The notes below the pieces were generated by a model. It saw nothing but the letters and a program-made list of their open reading frames with translations, searched no databases and was not told the origin of the DNA. A stretch of DNA of 64,000 nt from an uncultured Gammaproteobacteria bacterium (GTDB lineage Bacteria > Pseudomonadota > Gammaproteobacteria > Pseudomonadales > Pseudohongiellaceae): positions 4,092 through 68,091 of the forward strand of contig CAJXRP010000012.1 in assembly GCA_913060495.1 (NCBI GenBank), read 5' to 3'. The position numbers and the translations under genes are program-made. Numbering within the stretch: position 1 is the stretch's first letter; each line of letters starts with the position of its first letter. Shown here in pieces: positions 27,476 to 37,709 of the stretch.

Positions 27476-28660
27476 CTAAATAGGTGGTCCGCCGCCTGGA
27501 GGGCCTCCGTTTCCTCCGGACTTATCGAAAGAGGAATCTGGGGTTCCTTTGAAGCAGGCTAATACCCAGGGATAGGCATCGGTTACGTAGTAACCGTAAG
27601 AGCCGTTACGCATCATACCGTTGCATTCATCGAGATCGCCGCTGCCTGCAACATATTCATAGTCATCTACGAACGTACCGTCATAGCTTCCACCAGGGTC
27701 ATCCGCTCCGCTGGGACGACTGCCACTGAGCAATTGAAAGCTGCTGCTGACGGCGCGAACCTGTCCGTCATCATCAATGTAGCTGCCAAAGATGGGAAAT
27801 CCATCGGCGGCAAAACCGATCACGGGTGATTCTGACATTGCGTTCTGATCGAACAGGGCCTTTGGATTGCCGTGATAGTGGTAGGTGCCATCTGGCTGCG
27901 TATGGGCATTATTTGCGTCTGTGCCAAACATAGTTAGAGGGCTCATTGGGTCATAGCGCCAAGCCTGATTGATGTCGTTGCAGCCGATGTTGCCATCGCC
28001 CACGCCGAAGCATCCCGCCGCCAAGAGATCTAACTTAACGCCGTTGAGGAAAACAGCATTGTCCGTTGCCAGAGATATGGCTGTAGTTGTGGAGGCGAAT
28101 GCCGGTTCCGTAGGGATTCTGAATTCGGCGCTGACTTCGCTGACATTGGTAGCGAAGGCGGCAGTCGTATCATTGAAGTTGTGGTTCGGTATGCTATTGC
28201 TTAGCAGGACACATTCGCTGCCTTCAACGGTAATGTCGAGAGTGCCGGTAAATTGTATGTTGCGTTTAATATCGGAAACATTCGAGAAACGATTTTCTGC
28301 ATAGAAGCTACATTCTTCGCGCCGATTCGTTAACAGTAGATTGCTGATGTCTGTTTCGTCTACGCTAATCAGCGAGCTAATTTTTCCTACGGAAACCAAG
28401 TCGGGTCCAACCGCGCCGCCAATTGCATATACGTTGTCTCCCTGTACACCTAGGTAGATACCCGTATCTGTATAGTGTCGAACGTAGAAGCCTTGGATCT
28501 CCTGTATTACAGGAGCTGTGGGGCTGAGTAGATCAGGGTAAGCGGCTTCGGCGAAATCAAAAACGGCTTGTGCATTGTCTAAGGTGTCAGCCAATGTGAC
28601 AGATGACAATGAGGAGCAGGCTAGCGTGAGGCAGACGCTGATTCTTTGCAATAATTGCAT
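27476..28660 (-). CDS. secreted YHYH-domain protein
   Basis: Signal peptide, PDGTYHYHGNP motif, and a Gly/Pro-rich C-terminus (GGNGGPPGGGPPI). Confidence 0.75.
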   Translation of the reverse strand: MQLLQRISVCLTLACSSLSSVTLADTLDNAQAVFDFAEAAYPDLLSPTAPVIQEIQGFYVRHYTDTGIYLGVQGDNVYAIGGAVGPDLVSVGKISSLISVDETDISNLLLTNRREECSFYAENRFSNVSDIKRNIQFTGTLDITVEGSECVLLSNSIPNHNFNDTTAAFATNVSEVSAEFRIPTEPAFASTTTAISLATDNAVFLNGVKLDLLAAGCFGVGDGNIGCNDINQAWRYDPMSPLTMFGTDANNAHTQPDGTYHYHGNPKALFDQNAMSESPVIGFAADGFPIFGSYIDDDGQVRAVSSSFQLLSGSRPSGADDPGGSYDGTFVDDYEYVAGSGDLDECNGMMRNGSYGYYVTDAYPWVLACFKGTPDSSFDKSGGNGGPPGGGPPI

Positions 28661-28907
28661 GGAGGTTTCCTTTTTAGTGCACGCTGAAATGGGTAAGGCA
28701 GTGCATGTCGAGTTATACGGGTGAAGTAACTAATCCCTTCGCTTCAGTATAGAGTTATCGACGAGATTAAAAAATTGAACAAATTGTTCGATTCCTTTTC
28801 TTAAGATGCTGTAATTACTAAGAAAATAATGCAAACTCTAGATATTCGTTACTGCTTGGCGATGTATTAGTCTGATCGTCGCTTTGCAAAATTGAAGTGG
28901 GTTAATA

Positions 28908-29924
28908 ATGAGAATCACTACAAAGTTGTCATGTGTGTTTGCTGTTCTCTGTGTTATTTGTTCGGCACCTATCGCTTTTGCGCAATTCCCGCAGGATTTA
29001 CGCGGAACATTAATAGTGCTTAACAAGAATGGGCATGATGCGAATTTTATCGATCTAAGGACAGGAGAAATCCTGGAAACTCTGCCAACCGGACGTGGGC
29101 CACATGAGTTGGTGGTGACCGATGATGGTCGCTGGGCTATCGGGACGGATTACAGTGGTGGCGACAGCCTTACTGTTTTTGATGTTGGGGAATTGGTAGT
29201 TGCTCGCACAATAGATCTACGTGATTACCCGCGACCCCACGGCATACTCTTTCTGCCTGACCAGCAACAGGTAATCGTTACCTCAGAAGCAAGCCAGCAA
29301 TTAGTAATAGTGAATTTTCACGAAGGTGAAATAGTGCGTGCCATCGATACTGGGCAAAGCGGTTCTCATATGGTGGCGCTGTCCGAGGACGGAGCAACTG
29401 CTTACACTAGCAACGGTTCCGCGAATAGCATCTCCGTTATAGATGTCATTACGGGTCAGCTGATAAAGACGTTAGATGTTCCCCACCGGCCCGAGGCGAT
29501 CGCTACAAATAAGCGCGGCGACGAAGTCTGGGTGGGCAGTAACAGCGAAGAAGTTGTTTCCGTGATTTCTGCAGCAAATGGAGAAATTACCAAGCAGTGG
29601 AGTGGTTTCTCTTGGCCTTATCGGATCTTGCTTACAGATGACGAAAAATACGCCGTCATGCCAGATCTTGGTAACGAGCAATTGCGTTTCTTCGATGTGA
29701 TTTCGGGCACCGAGATAGGCAATATTGATCTAGTTGGTGCGCAGCCGCAGGGTGTTATCTTGTATCCAGACGACCGAACACTATTCGTATCGCTCTCCGG
29801 ACAAAACAAAGTTCTGGTAGTAGATATACTGACGCAAGAAATACTCGGTGAATATGCCACGGGAGCTGCGCCGGATGGAATTGGCTATTCACCGCTCGTT
29901 TTGAAGAAGACGATCAGTTATTAA
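28908..29924 (+). CDS. secreted beta-propeller repeat protein (YncE/YVTN-like)
   Basis: Signal peptide. Has a repeated ~40-aa unit with ..G..P.gi....dg...yv.n..s.svsviD-type blades (e.g. [18 protein letters not shown]). Confidence 0.7.
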   Translation: MRITTKLSCVFAVLCVICSAPIAFAQFPQDLRGTLIVLNKNGHDANFIDLRTGEILETLPTGRGPHELVVTDDGRWAIGTDYSGGDSLTVFDVGELVVARTIDLRDYPRPHGILFLPDQQQVIVTSEASQQLVIVNFHEGEIVRAIDTGQSGSHMVALSEDGATAYTSNGSANSISVIDVITGQLIKTLDVPHRPEAIATNKRGDEVWVGSNSEEVVSVISAANGEITKQWSGFSWPYRILLTDDEKYAVMPDLGNEQLRFFDVISGTEIGNIDLVGAQPQGVILYPDDRTLFVSLSGQNKVLVVDILTQEILGEYATGAAPDGIGYSPLVLKKTISY

Positions 29925-31243
29925 CTAGCGATTGTACCGTAAAGGTCATATTCGTCAGCGTCCTCAATCTTGACCTGAATAAAATCACCCGCCTCCACAT
30001 CTGGATTCGGCTGGATATAGACATTGCCGTCAATTTCTGGCGCATCTGCTGCAGATCGCGCAACAATTTGCTCAGCATTAGCCTCATCTACTAGTGCTTC
30101 GACTACGCGACCAATTTTTGCTTGCAGCTTTGTCGTGCTTATTTCTTGCTGGACTGCCATGAAACGCTCCCAGCGCTCTTGTTTTAGTTCTTCGGCTACG
30201 GGGTTCGCAAGCTCGTTAGCAGCTGCTCCATCAACTGCCGAATATTGAAAGCAACCAACTCGATCCAGCTGGGCGGTCTGCAGAAACTCGAGGAGTTCTT
30301 CGAAGTCGGCATCAGTCTCGCCGGGGAAGCCGACGATGAAGGTGCTGCGCAGCGTGATATCGGGGCATTGTTCACGCCAATTCAGAATTCTATCGAGTGT
30401 TTTTTCTGTTGCGGCTGGACGTTTCATAGCCTTCAGCACATTTAGGCTTGCGTGTTGAAACGGTATGTCCAGGTAGGGCAGTATTTTTCCCTCGGCCATC
30501 AGAGGGATAATCTTGTCGACATGAGGGTAGGGATAAACATAGTGCAATCTGACCCAGATGCCGAGCTGTGCGAGTGCCTCGCAGAGACCTTGCATGCTCG
30601 CCTTAACCGGTTGACCCTGCCAAAAACCAGTTTGGTATTTGGTGTCCACTCCATAGGCGCTAGTATCTTGCGAGATTACTAATAGCTCCCGAACCCCGGC
30701 ATTCGCTAGTCTTTCGGCTTCATCGAGAACGTCTCCTACGGGGCGGCTGACTAGGTCGCCGCGCATGGAAGGGATAATGCAGAAACTGCAGCGATGGTTG
30801 CAGCCTTCAGATATTTTTAAGTAGGCATAGTGTCTTGGAGTTAACTTTATGCCGTGGGCAGGCACGAGATCGATAAAAGGGTCATGTTTAACATTTTGTG
30901 GAAGGAAGTTGTGGACCTGATTGACGACTTGCTCGTAAGCGGCGGGGCCGGTCACGCCTAATACTTTTGGGTGCGCATTGGTAATAATTTCTTTCTGGGC
31001 GCCCATGCAACCTGTTACCAGTACTTTTCCATTCTCAGCAAGGGCCTCGCCAATAGCATCCAGAGATTCTTGCTTGGCGCTGTCTATAAAGCCACAGGTG
31101 TTCACTACGACTAGATCTGCGTCGTCATAGCTAGGCACGATATCGTAGCCATCGGATTTCAATTGAGTGAGTATGCGCTCGGAATCTACTAAGGCTTTTG
31201 GGCAACCGAGGGAGACGAAGCCGACTTTATTGCTTGATGACAT
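29921..31243 (-). CDS. rimO: ribosomal protein S12 methylthiotransferase RimO
   Basis: Has [16 protein letters not shown], radical-SAM CNHRCSFC, and a C-terminal TRAM domain. 440 aa. Confidence 0.95.
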   Translation of the reverse strand: MSSSNKVGFVSLGCPKALVDSERILTQLKSDGYDIVPSYDDADLVVVNTCGFIDSAKQESLDAIGEALAENGKVLVTGCMGAQKEIITNAHPKVLGVTGPAAYEQVVNQVHNFLPQNVKHDPFIDLVPAHGIKLTPRHYAYLKISEGCNHRCSFCIIPSMRGDLVSRPVGDVLDEAERLANAGVRELLVISQDTSAYGVDTKYQTGFWQGQPVKASMQGLCEALAQLGIWVRLHYVYPYPHVDKIIPLMAEGKILPYLDIPFQHASLNVLKAMKRPAATEKTLDRILNWREQCPDITLRSTFIVGFPGETDADFEELLEFLQTAQLDRVGCFQYSAVDGAAANELANPVAEELKQERWERFMAVQQEISTTKLQAKIGRVVEALVDEANAEQIVARSAADAPEIDGNVYIQPNPDVEAGDFIQVKIEDADEYDLYGTIAS

Positions 31244-31431
31244 GGAGGATCAGACCTGGGTGAATGCTGGGGAGCGGGATTATAGCCAATTCAGGGTGGA
31301 ATTGGCATGCGCTAATCTTTAGTCGTCTATCAGTTTAGCTATTAGCGGTTAGACGCTCTCTTTTCTGCGCTATCAATACGCGCCTGAGCACCTTTCCTGA
31401 GGCGCCTTTGGAGCTTCCGGAATGAACTGGC

Positions 31432-31935
31432 TCACAAGCTCTTGAATTCATCATGGTAGGAAATAATCCCGCGACATCCATTTAGGTAATTCTTTTCTAG
31501 CTCGGCAATCATGAAGACCTCCGCGGGAACATCGTACTGCGACTTGATGGCAAAGTGGGTGGATGGAGTAAATCCAAACCTAGGGTAGTAGTCGGCATGG
31601 CCGAGAACGGCTACTGCTCCATACTGGCTTACACGACACTGTGTTAAACCGGCATCTATGAGTAAGCTACCGATTCCTTGCCGCTGATGGGAAGGAAGCA
31701 CAGCCATTGGTGCTAGGCCCATTAACTTGAGTGAGGGACTTGAGTCGAGGGTAACGGGTGAAAAGAGGATATGACCGACAAGCTTGCCATCGATTTCTGC
31801 CACTAGGGAAATTACCGGTTGGGCATTTTCACGCAGACGATTAACTAATCTGCTTTCTCCATCTTCAGGAAAAGCAGACAGATGAATGGATTGGACAGCC
31901 GCTATGTCGGCGTGACATTCAGCCCTAACTATCAT
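31432..31935 (-). CDS. GNAT family N-acetyltransferase
   Basis: 167 aa. Acetyl-CoA motif QRQGIGSLLIDAGL; YhbS-like. Confidence 0.85.
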   Translation of the reverse strand: MIVRAECHADIAAVQSIHLSAFPEDGESRLVNRLRENAQPVISLVAEIDGKLVGHILFSPVTLDSSPSLKLMGLAPMAVLPSHQRQGIGSLLIDAGLTQCRVSQYGAVAVLGHADYYPRFGFTPSTHFAIKSQYDVPAEVFMIAELEKNYLNGCRGIISYHDEFKSL

Positions 31936-32356
31936 GAAGATCCGTAACCGCGAAATGATGGCTAGTGATATCGAACCCTTCTCTTAAGTAAAATTTATGT
32001 GCGCCAAAACGCGTCACCCCTGAATCTAAATGAAGCTGTTGACAGTTGTTGCTTCGGCCATATTGCTTGAGCCAATCTATGAGAAACTTTCCAGCGCCAC
32101 TAGAGCGGTGCGCTTCATTCGTGACGAGGTCGTCGACATAGATGTGTTTCGTCCATGCGAGTTTCTGTCCCATAACAAATCCGGCGACGCAGAGAACTTT
32201 CCCGGCGTCCTCTACATAGGCGATGCGGTAACCTTCTGCCTGCTGAGATTGGATTTGCTCGATAAGCGAGTTTTCGGAATACTGCGGCCTTAATTGCAAT
32301 AATACTGGGCCAATTAGTTGGAGGTCCTCTAAGCTTTCCGCGAATTTAACCTGCAT
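31925..32356 (-). CDS. GNAT family N-acetyltransferase
   Basis: 143 aa. Has HRSSGAGKFLIDWL..., a C-terminal FYLREGF, and an 11-nt overlap with the next GNAT gene. Confidence 0.85.
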   Translation of the reverse strand: MQVKFAESLEDLQLIGPVLLQLRPQYSENSLIEQIQSQQAEGYRIAYVEDAGKVLCVAGFVMGQKLAWTKHIYVDDLVTNEAHRSSGAGKFLIDWLKQYGRSNNCQQLHLDSGVTRFGAHKFYLREGFDITSHHFAVTDLHDS

Positions 32357-32362
32357 ATAATT

Positions 32363-32668
32363 TTACTCCGGCGTTTGGTTTTCTCGATGTTGCGCAGTTA
32401 AGAAAATTTCATCAAGCGGGTTCTTCGAGGAATTGCGCAACCCCATGTTGCTGCGGTAGAGGTCGATGAAGACCATGATTGCGGTCAGTATCGCAGCGAA
32501 GGATATGAAATAGATCGGGCCCTCGATGCCAAGTTGAGGGAAGCCAAACTTAGCGACGACCCACAAGGTAATGAAGCCCAATGACAACCAGGGGCTATCT
32601 TGAGCTGCAAGCCTCAGCGCATAAAACCAAAAACTTATTAAGACTATCCAGCTGCCTAGCCAAAGCAT
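32363..32668 (-). CDS. hypothetical small membrane protein
   Basis: 101 aa with three hydrophobic helices. No family recognised. Confidence 0.5.
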   Translation of the reverse strand: MLWLGSWIVLISFWFYALRLAAQDSPWLSLGFITLWVVAKFGFPQLGIEGPIYFISFAAILTAIMVFIDLYRSNMGLRNSSKNPLDEIFLTAQHRENQTPE

Positions 32669-32731
32669 AGCTACCTCAGTATTACCACCCCAACCAAAAG
32701 CTTGGGTTTTAATTTTCTCTTCTAAGCAGGA

Positions 32732-33379
32732 TTAGTTTCCAGACAGAAGGCCACTCTGTGCGATTCCGTCGAATATGAACTGCACCGCGAGCGCAGATAA
32801 CAGAACACCGAAAACCCGTGTTACAACGTGCATGCCAGTCACGCCGAACAATTGCTGAATTCTAGAGGCCAGTAGCAGCATGATGAAAGTGAGCAAAATA
32901 ATGGCGAGTAGGGACGCGATTACAGTTGCCTGAAGAACGAGGTTACCCTCGCTGTTGGCCATCAGTAGAATTACGGCGCCCATGGCTCCTGGCCCTGCGA
33001 TTAGTGGCGTGGCGAGGGGGAATACCGAAATATCGCGTTTACCCAGCGCTTCTAACTCTTCTTCTTCAGTGGTTGATGTGCTGCCTGAAGTGCGGGCAAA
33101 CACCATGTCGATGCCAATGAGTAGGAGTAGGATGCCGCCTCCCGTGCGCAGTGCCGCGAGAGAGATGCCAAGCCCGATAAGTAGATATTCTCCAATGAGT
33201 GCGAATAGCACTAGGATGCCTGTGGCGATAAGCGTGCCGCGAATTGCCATGCTGCGACGTCGTGTCGGTGTTTCTGTGGCAGTCAGGCCGGCATAGACGG
33301 CAGCCACATCCAACGGTCCGATGGTGGCGAAGAAAGTGGCCATTGCCACAGTGGCAGTTTCTATTATTACTTGATCCAT
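32732..33379 (-). CDS. MarC family (UPF0056) integral membrane protein
   Basis: 215 aa with six TM helices. The N-terminal FFATIGPLDVAAVY and ..PLATPLIAGPGA motifs are typical of MarC. Confidence 0.85.
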   Translation of the reverse strand: MDQVIIETATVAMATFFATIGPLDVAAVYAGLTATETPTRRRSMAIRGTLIATGILVLFALIGEYLLIGLGISLAALRTGGGILLLLIGIDMVFARTSGSTSTTEEEELEALGKRDISVFPLATPLIAGPGAMGAVILLMANSEGNLVLQATVIASLLAIILLTFIMLLLASRIQQLFGVTGMHVVTRVFGVLLSALAVQFIFDGIAQSGLLSGN

Positions 33380-33430
33380 ATTCTTGGGTTCTTTGCCGTA
33401 GTCGGCGAGTCGATGGTAATGAGTGAAAAC

Positions 33431-34150
33431 CTAATTGGACAGCGCTTTAAGTATGGCCTGCTCGGCATGTATGGCCGTTGTGTCGTAGAGCGTAGTCACT
33501 GTGTGATCTTGTTGCACGAGTAGGGCGATCTCAGTACACCCTAGTATTACAGCTTCTGCACCGTTTTCTGCAAGTTGTGCAATTATCTTCAAATATCTGT
33601 CTCGTGATTTCTGATCGATGGTTCCCAGGCAGAGTTCATTGTAGATGATCCTATGTACATCTTCCCGCTCAGACTTCTCTGGTACGACTACCTCGATACC
33701 GTACTTCTCGGTTAGGCGAGCTTTGTAGAAATCTTGTTCCATAGTGAAGCGAGTGCCTAGCAGGCCCACTTTTTTAATGCCGTCTTCACGCAGACGCTGC
33801 GCCGTGGCATCGGCTATATGTAGGATCGGGATGGAAATACTTTCCTCGATCTGAGGGGCTACCTTGTGCATTGTGTTTGTGCAGATGAGGAGAAAGTCAG
33901 CGCCGCCTTTTTCCACTGCCACAGCAGCCTCTGACAAAATAACAGCGGTGCCTTCCCAGTCCTCAACGTGCTGCAGTTTTTCGATTTCTTCGAAATCCAC
34001 GCTCACCATGCAAATCTTAGCCGAGTGCAAGCCGCCAAGCTTGGCCTTGATGCCCTCATTGATTAATTGGTAGTAAGAGGCAGTTGATTCCCAGCTCATA
34101 CCGCCTAGTAGGCCAATTGTCTTTTGCTTGCTGTTCATTGTTCTATTCAC
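33431..34150 (-). CDS. aspartate/glutamate racemase family protein
   Basis: Has GLLGGMSWESTASYY and a second catalytic-Cys motif, ILGCTEIALL. Confidence 0.85.
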   Translation of the reverse strand: MNRTMNSKQKTIGLLGGMSWESTASYYQLINEGIKAKLGGLHSAKICMVSVDFEEIEKLQHVEDWEGTAVILSEAAVAVEKGGADFLLICTNTMHKVAPQIEESISIPILHIADATAQRLREDGIKKVGLLGTRFTMEQDFYKARLTEKYGIEVVVPEKSEREDVHRIIYNELCLGTIDQKSRDRYLKIIAQLAENGAEAVILGCTEIALLVQQDHTVTTLYDTTAIHAEQAILKALSN

Positions 34151-34412
34151 TAGTGTCGAGTTTGCAGCGCATTGCTATAGGTATGGCCGGTATGATGAAT
34201 TGGGTGCCGCTTATAACATTAAGATGATGGTGATTGATGCGTCGCCGTATGCTCAGAATTGCAACAGCGTCAGTGACAGCATGACCAAGTTTTAGTCAGC
34301 AATTGACCTTGAAAAAGGGCAATCATTCTATTCCGAAATTCTGGCCTATACCACAATTTCCAGAGTTTTCAGCCTGTGGATAGATTAAACTGCTTCAATG
34401 GATCAGGAGTGA

Positions 34413-35156
34413 ATGTGGATGCCTCATAAAATAATACATAAATACAATAACTTACTGTCAAGAAGCGGCGTTTTTGCACTGCTACTCGTGCTCTGCATAG
34501 TGCAGGGAGGAGGATCGCCGGTACTGGCTCAGGATAATGGCGAGTCGGTTCCTAGTGCTTTCGTGGAACTGCGCGAGCTAATTCCAACACTGCATTTAGA
34601 GCTTCGCTATTTCAGTGAAGATAACTTTGTCGGTCGTGTTATCGATGGCTACCATGCTGAAAAAGTGTTCATGACAAAAGAAGCTGCTAGTGCGCTAGCG
34701 AATGTGCAGGATGAGGTCGCCGCCTTCGGTCTAAGCCTGAAGGTCTTTGATGCTTATCGCCCCCAGCCCGCGGTAGATCACTTTGTGCGTTGGGCCGAAG
34801 ACTTGAATGACAAGAAGATGAAACAGGTTTTCTATCCTTCAGTGGCGAAAGAGATCTTGTTTGATGAAGGGTATATATCCGCGCGTTCAGGGCATTCTAG
34901 GGGAAGTACAATCGACTTAACGCTAGTTGAATCCCAAACTGGTGAGGAGCTAGATATGGGCACACCTTGGGACTTCTTCGATCCTTCTTCTTGGCCAAGT
35001 TATCAAGGTCTTTCAGTTCAGGTGCGTGCTAATAGAAATCTACTCGCCTCCGTGATGACCAAACATGGCTTCAGAGCCATCACTACGGAGTGGTGGCACT
35101 TCACTCTTGAGAATGAACCTTTTTCCGATACCTACTTCAATTTCCCAGTTAAGTAA
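34413..35156 (+). CDS. D-alanyl-D-alanine dipeptidase (VanX/DdpX, peptidase M15D) with signal peptide
   Basis: Has FDAYRP, SGHSRGSTIDLTL and EWWHFTL motifs. CAGGAG SD. Confidence 0.85.
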   Translation: MWMPHKIIHKYNNLLSRSGVFALLLVLCIVQGGGSPVLAQDNGESVPSAFVELRELIPTLHLELRYFSEDNFVGRVIDGYHAEKVFMTKEAASALANVQDEVAAFGLSLKVFDAYRPQPAVDHFVRWAEDLNDKKMKQVFYPSVAKEILFDEGYISARSGHSRGSTIDLTLVESQTGEELDMGTPWDFFDPSSWPSYQGLSVQVRANRNLLASVMTKHGFRAITTEWWHFTLENEPFSDTYFNFPVK

Positions 35157-35170
35157 GAGCAGACGATGCT

Positions 35171-35830
35171 ATGAGTAAAATAAGAGCACGAGCCCAGACC
35201 CATTTCCCCGCAGTTTTGTTAACGTTGATTAGTATTATTCAAGCCTTAGCTCTGGAATTGATGTGGTCAAAAATTCTCGAGAGTGATTGGCTTTGGGTTT
35301 TCGGTATACAAGCAATAATTGGCTGGGGCATGATCTTGGGAGTGTTTATGGGCATTCTGCAGGTGTGGGTGATGTACTCAACGATGGTGATGGGATTTGT
35401 TTGGCAGCCCTCTCTTCGAGATTCCATCATTCCTTTCATAATCGGCTTACAGCAATTTATGTTGGTTGCCCTTGTCGGTGAGCAATTCAGTACGCTCTGG
35501 CTATATGTGCTTGGGTCAATTTTTGTCACTGGCAATTGGGTGTCCCACAATAGTTTCAGACGGGCGCGTCAAAATCCGGAGAATGATGAATTCTTCGGCA
35601 AGACAAATCCGGCAACGTTGCGTGATTTCTGGCCAGCCATGTCGATTGTTACGGCCCTTGTTGTGTTTGGCATCGTTATAGACGTGACTCAGAATCAGAC
35701 TTGGCTGCCGATCTTGGCGTTAATCTTCTCTAACGGTGTCTTGATTCTACAGACGTTTATGTTCCGCAGGATGTGGCGATCGATAATGGGTCTGAATGAA
35801 ATGAGTCTAGATGAAGAGGAGATAACGTAG
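35171..35830 (+). CDS. hypothetical integral membrane protein
   Basis: 219 aa with about 6 TM helices. No family recognised. Confidence 0.55.
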   Translation: MSKIRARAQTHFPAVLLTLISIIQALALELMWSKILESDWLWVFGIQAIIGWGMILGVFMGILQVWVMYSTMVMGFVWQPSLRDSIIPFIIGLQQFMLVALVGEQFSTLWLYVLGSIFVTGNWVSHNSFRRARQNPENDEFFGKTNPATLRDFWPAMSIVTALVVFGIVIDVTQNQTWLPILALIFSNGVLILQTFMFRRMWRSIMGLNEMSLDEEEIT

Positions 35831-36585
35831 TGACGCGGCTATTCTTTTTTTTAGTTCTTGTAGGTTTCTCCGGCGCGGTTTTCGCTGGCGGAGAACTGAG
35901 CGACGATATTCGAATTTTCAGCGATGCTCTTGGTTATGATTTACAGTATCGAGTCTATGAGCCCGAGGGTAAACGCAGCAATTCGGAGCTGCCCACGCTC
36001 TATATCACCGATGGTCAATGGTATATATCGCGCGGTGAGCTTCCTGCACTCTTAGATAGAGAGATCGCTGCAGGTAATGTAGAGCCTGTGTTGGTAGTGT
36101 TCGTGGATAGTCGCAACCCCGACAACTTGCAACAGAATAGACGCAATCAGCAGTTCTTTTGTAACCCGCGATACGTCGACTTTTTTACCGAGGAGTTACT
36201 GCCAACAATAGATAAGGAATATCCAACCTCGGCAGTGCGCGACGACCGGGTTATTCTTGGTCTGTCTTTCGGTGGTCGTAACAGTGCTTGTTTTGGGCTC
36301 ATGGCTAATGACTCATTCGCCGGCATCGCGATGCAGTCACCTGCAAATAGTGAGATGGTGGATGAACTGCGTTTTCAATATATGGCGCAGGATAAATTGC
36401 CGCTGAAAATTTTCATGAGTGTCGGTACCGTCAACGACAATACACAGGCGGGTAGGCAATTTATGGAGACGTTAAAGTTTCAGGAATACGACCTGACTTA
36501 CCGTGAAGTCAACGAGGGTCATGACTGGGATAATTGGGGGCCGCTCTTAGATGATGTGTTATACACGTTCTTCACTAAAGAGTAA
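35830..36585 (+). CDS. esterase-family alpha/beta hydrolase (enterochelin-esterase-like 'putative esterase')
   Basis: The GTG start overlaps the upstream stop. Signal peptide present. Has ..RVILGLSFGGRNS.. at the nucleophile elbow and HDWDNW near the C-terminus. Confidence 0.75.
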   Translation: MTRLFFFLVLVGFSGAVFAGGELSDDIRIFSDALGYDLQYRVYEPEGKRSNSELPTLYITDGQWYISRGELPALLDREIAAGNVEPVLVVFVDSRNPDNLQQNRRNQQFFCNPRYVDFFTEELLPTIDKEYPTSAVRDDRVILGLSFGGRNSACFGLMANDSFAGIAMQSPANSEMVDELRFQYMAQDKLPLKIFMSVGTVNDNTQAGRQFMETLKFQEYDLTYREVNEGHDWDNWGPLLDDVLYTFFTKE

Positions 36586-36605
36586 GTGACTAAGATGTTG
36601 TTGCG

Positions 36606-37709
36606 TTAACACGAGCCTGGCATTTCTTCTATCCAGCGGCTTATGAGGTCTATGCCCTCATCGTGTATCAATGATCTGCCAAGTTCAGGCATCATTTCAT
36701 CGGGTTTATCGGAACGCATTCTATATAATAATATTGACTCTTCAGGATGTCCTGGGACTATTGCGTAGCGTAAGTCTCCGGCACCGCCGCCTGCTGCGAC
36801 AGGTGGCTTGCAGACGCCGCGGTTAATAGCGAGGGTCTGAGAGCTGTCGAGAATGAGTCCTGAAGTATCCGCCGCACCTTGCGGATTGTGGCAATGCCCG
36901 CATTGCATATTAAGGTAGGCAAGTGCGCGGTCTTCTAAAGAAGCAGAGGGATCTTGCCAGGATTCGGAGCGTGGAAAATCTTCTACATCACTAATCCAGC
37001 CTCGCGCGACCATTTGCTCAAGAGGTGAAGAGTTGCTGAGTTCGGACTCACTCACAGCTACATTCAGTTGGCTCAAGATCGCGCCAAGTGGGTGCATATC
37101 GCCGTCGGGGTGAACCGTAGTATGGCAGCCAGCGCATTGATTCTCATTGGGTACGAAGTAGGTAAAATTGCTTGGCTCTGCGCTGTCTTGCCCGCTTAAT
37201 GAGATAGGCTTGCTTGCTCCAGCAACCCGCAGAAAGGCTTCGCTCTGCTCATCGTTCCAGACATAGGGAAAAGCATCCCAACCATCGCTCTTGCGGACAA
37301 GCAGCCGTGTCTCTAGCAGTTGATTTTCGTCCAGATTTATCTTTTGCAGTCCGCTATCGGCTATCTTCAGCAAGGCCGTGCCCGATGCGCGGGGATAGTA
37401 AAATGTTTTACTGATTACGGTGCCGACAGGGTAGCTTATTTCACTATCGATGATGTCTGCTTGTAGTCCTTGGGGTATCCACAGCGTGCGCAACTTGTGT
37501 GCGTAGTCTGTGAACAATGGGTTGTTAGGTCGAAAAACTACGCTGGACTCACTGGGGGCGAGTTCGCTGACGTCTACAGAAAATAGCTGCCAATCAGAGA
37601 GGCGCAGCGGCCTTTCGGTTTCATGAAAGACCGGCGACGAGTCCGTGCAAGCGGAAATGAGCAGTAGGTATGCGCCTAAAAACAGAGCGCGGAAAGAGAG
37701 GTCTGTCAT
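36606..37709 (-). CDS. secreted protein with two CxxCH haem-binding motifs (partner of the beta-helix lipoprotein)
   Basis: ATG 37709 overlaps the upstream stop (ATGA). Has an MTDLSFRALFLGAYLLLISAC lipobox-like signal and the motifs CAGCH and CGHCH. Confidence 0.7.
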   Translation of the reverse strand: MTDLSFRALFLGAYLLLISACTDSSPVFHETERPLRLSDWQLFSVDVSELAPSESSVVFRPNNPLFTDYAHKLRTLWIPQGLQADIIDSEISYPVGTVISKTFYYPRASGTALLKIADSGLQKINLDENQLLETRLLVRKSDGWDAFPYVWNDEQSEAFLRVAGASKPISLSGQDSAEPSNFTYFVPNENQCAGCHTTVHPDGDMHPLGAILSQLNVAVSESELSNSSPLEQMVARGWISDVEDFPRSESWQDPSASLEDRALAYLNMQCGHCHNPQGAADTSGLILDSSQTLAINRGVCKPPVAAGGGAGDLRYAIVPGHPEESILLYRMRSDKPDEMMPELGRSLIHDEGIDLISRWIEEMPGSC

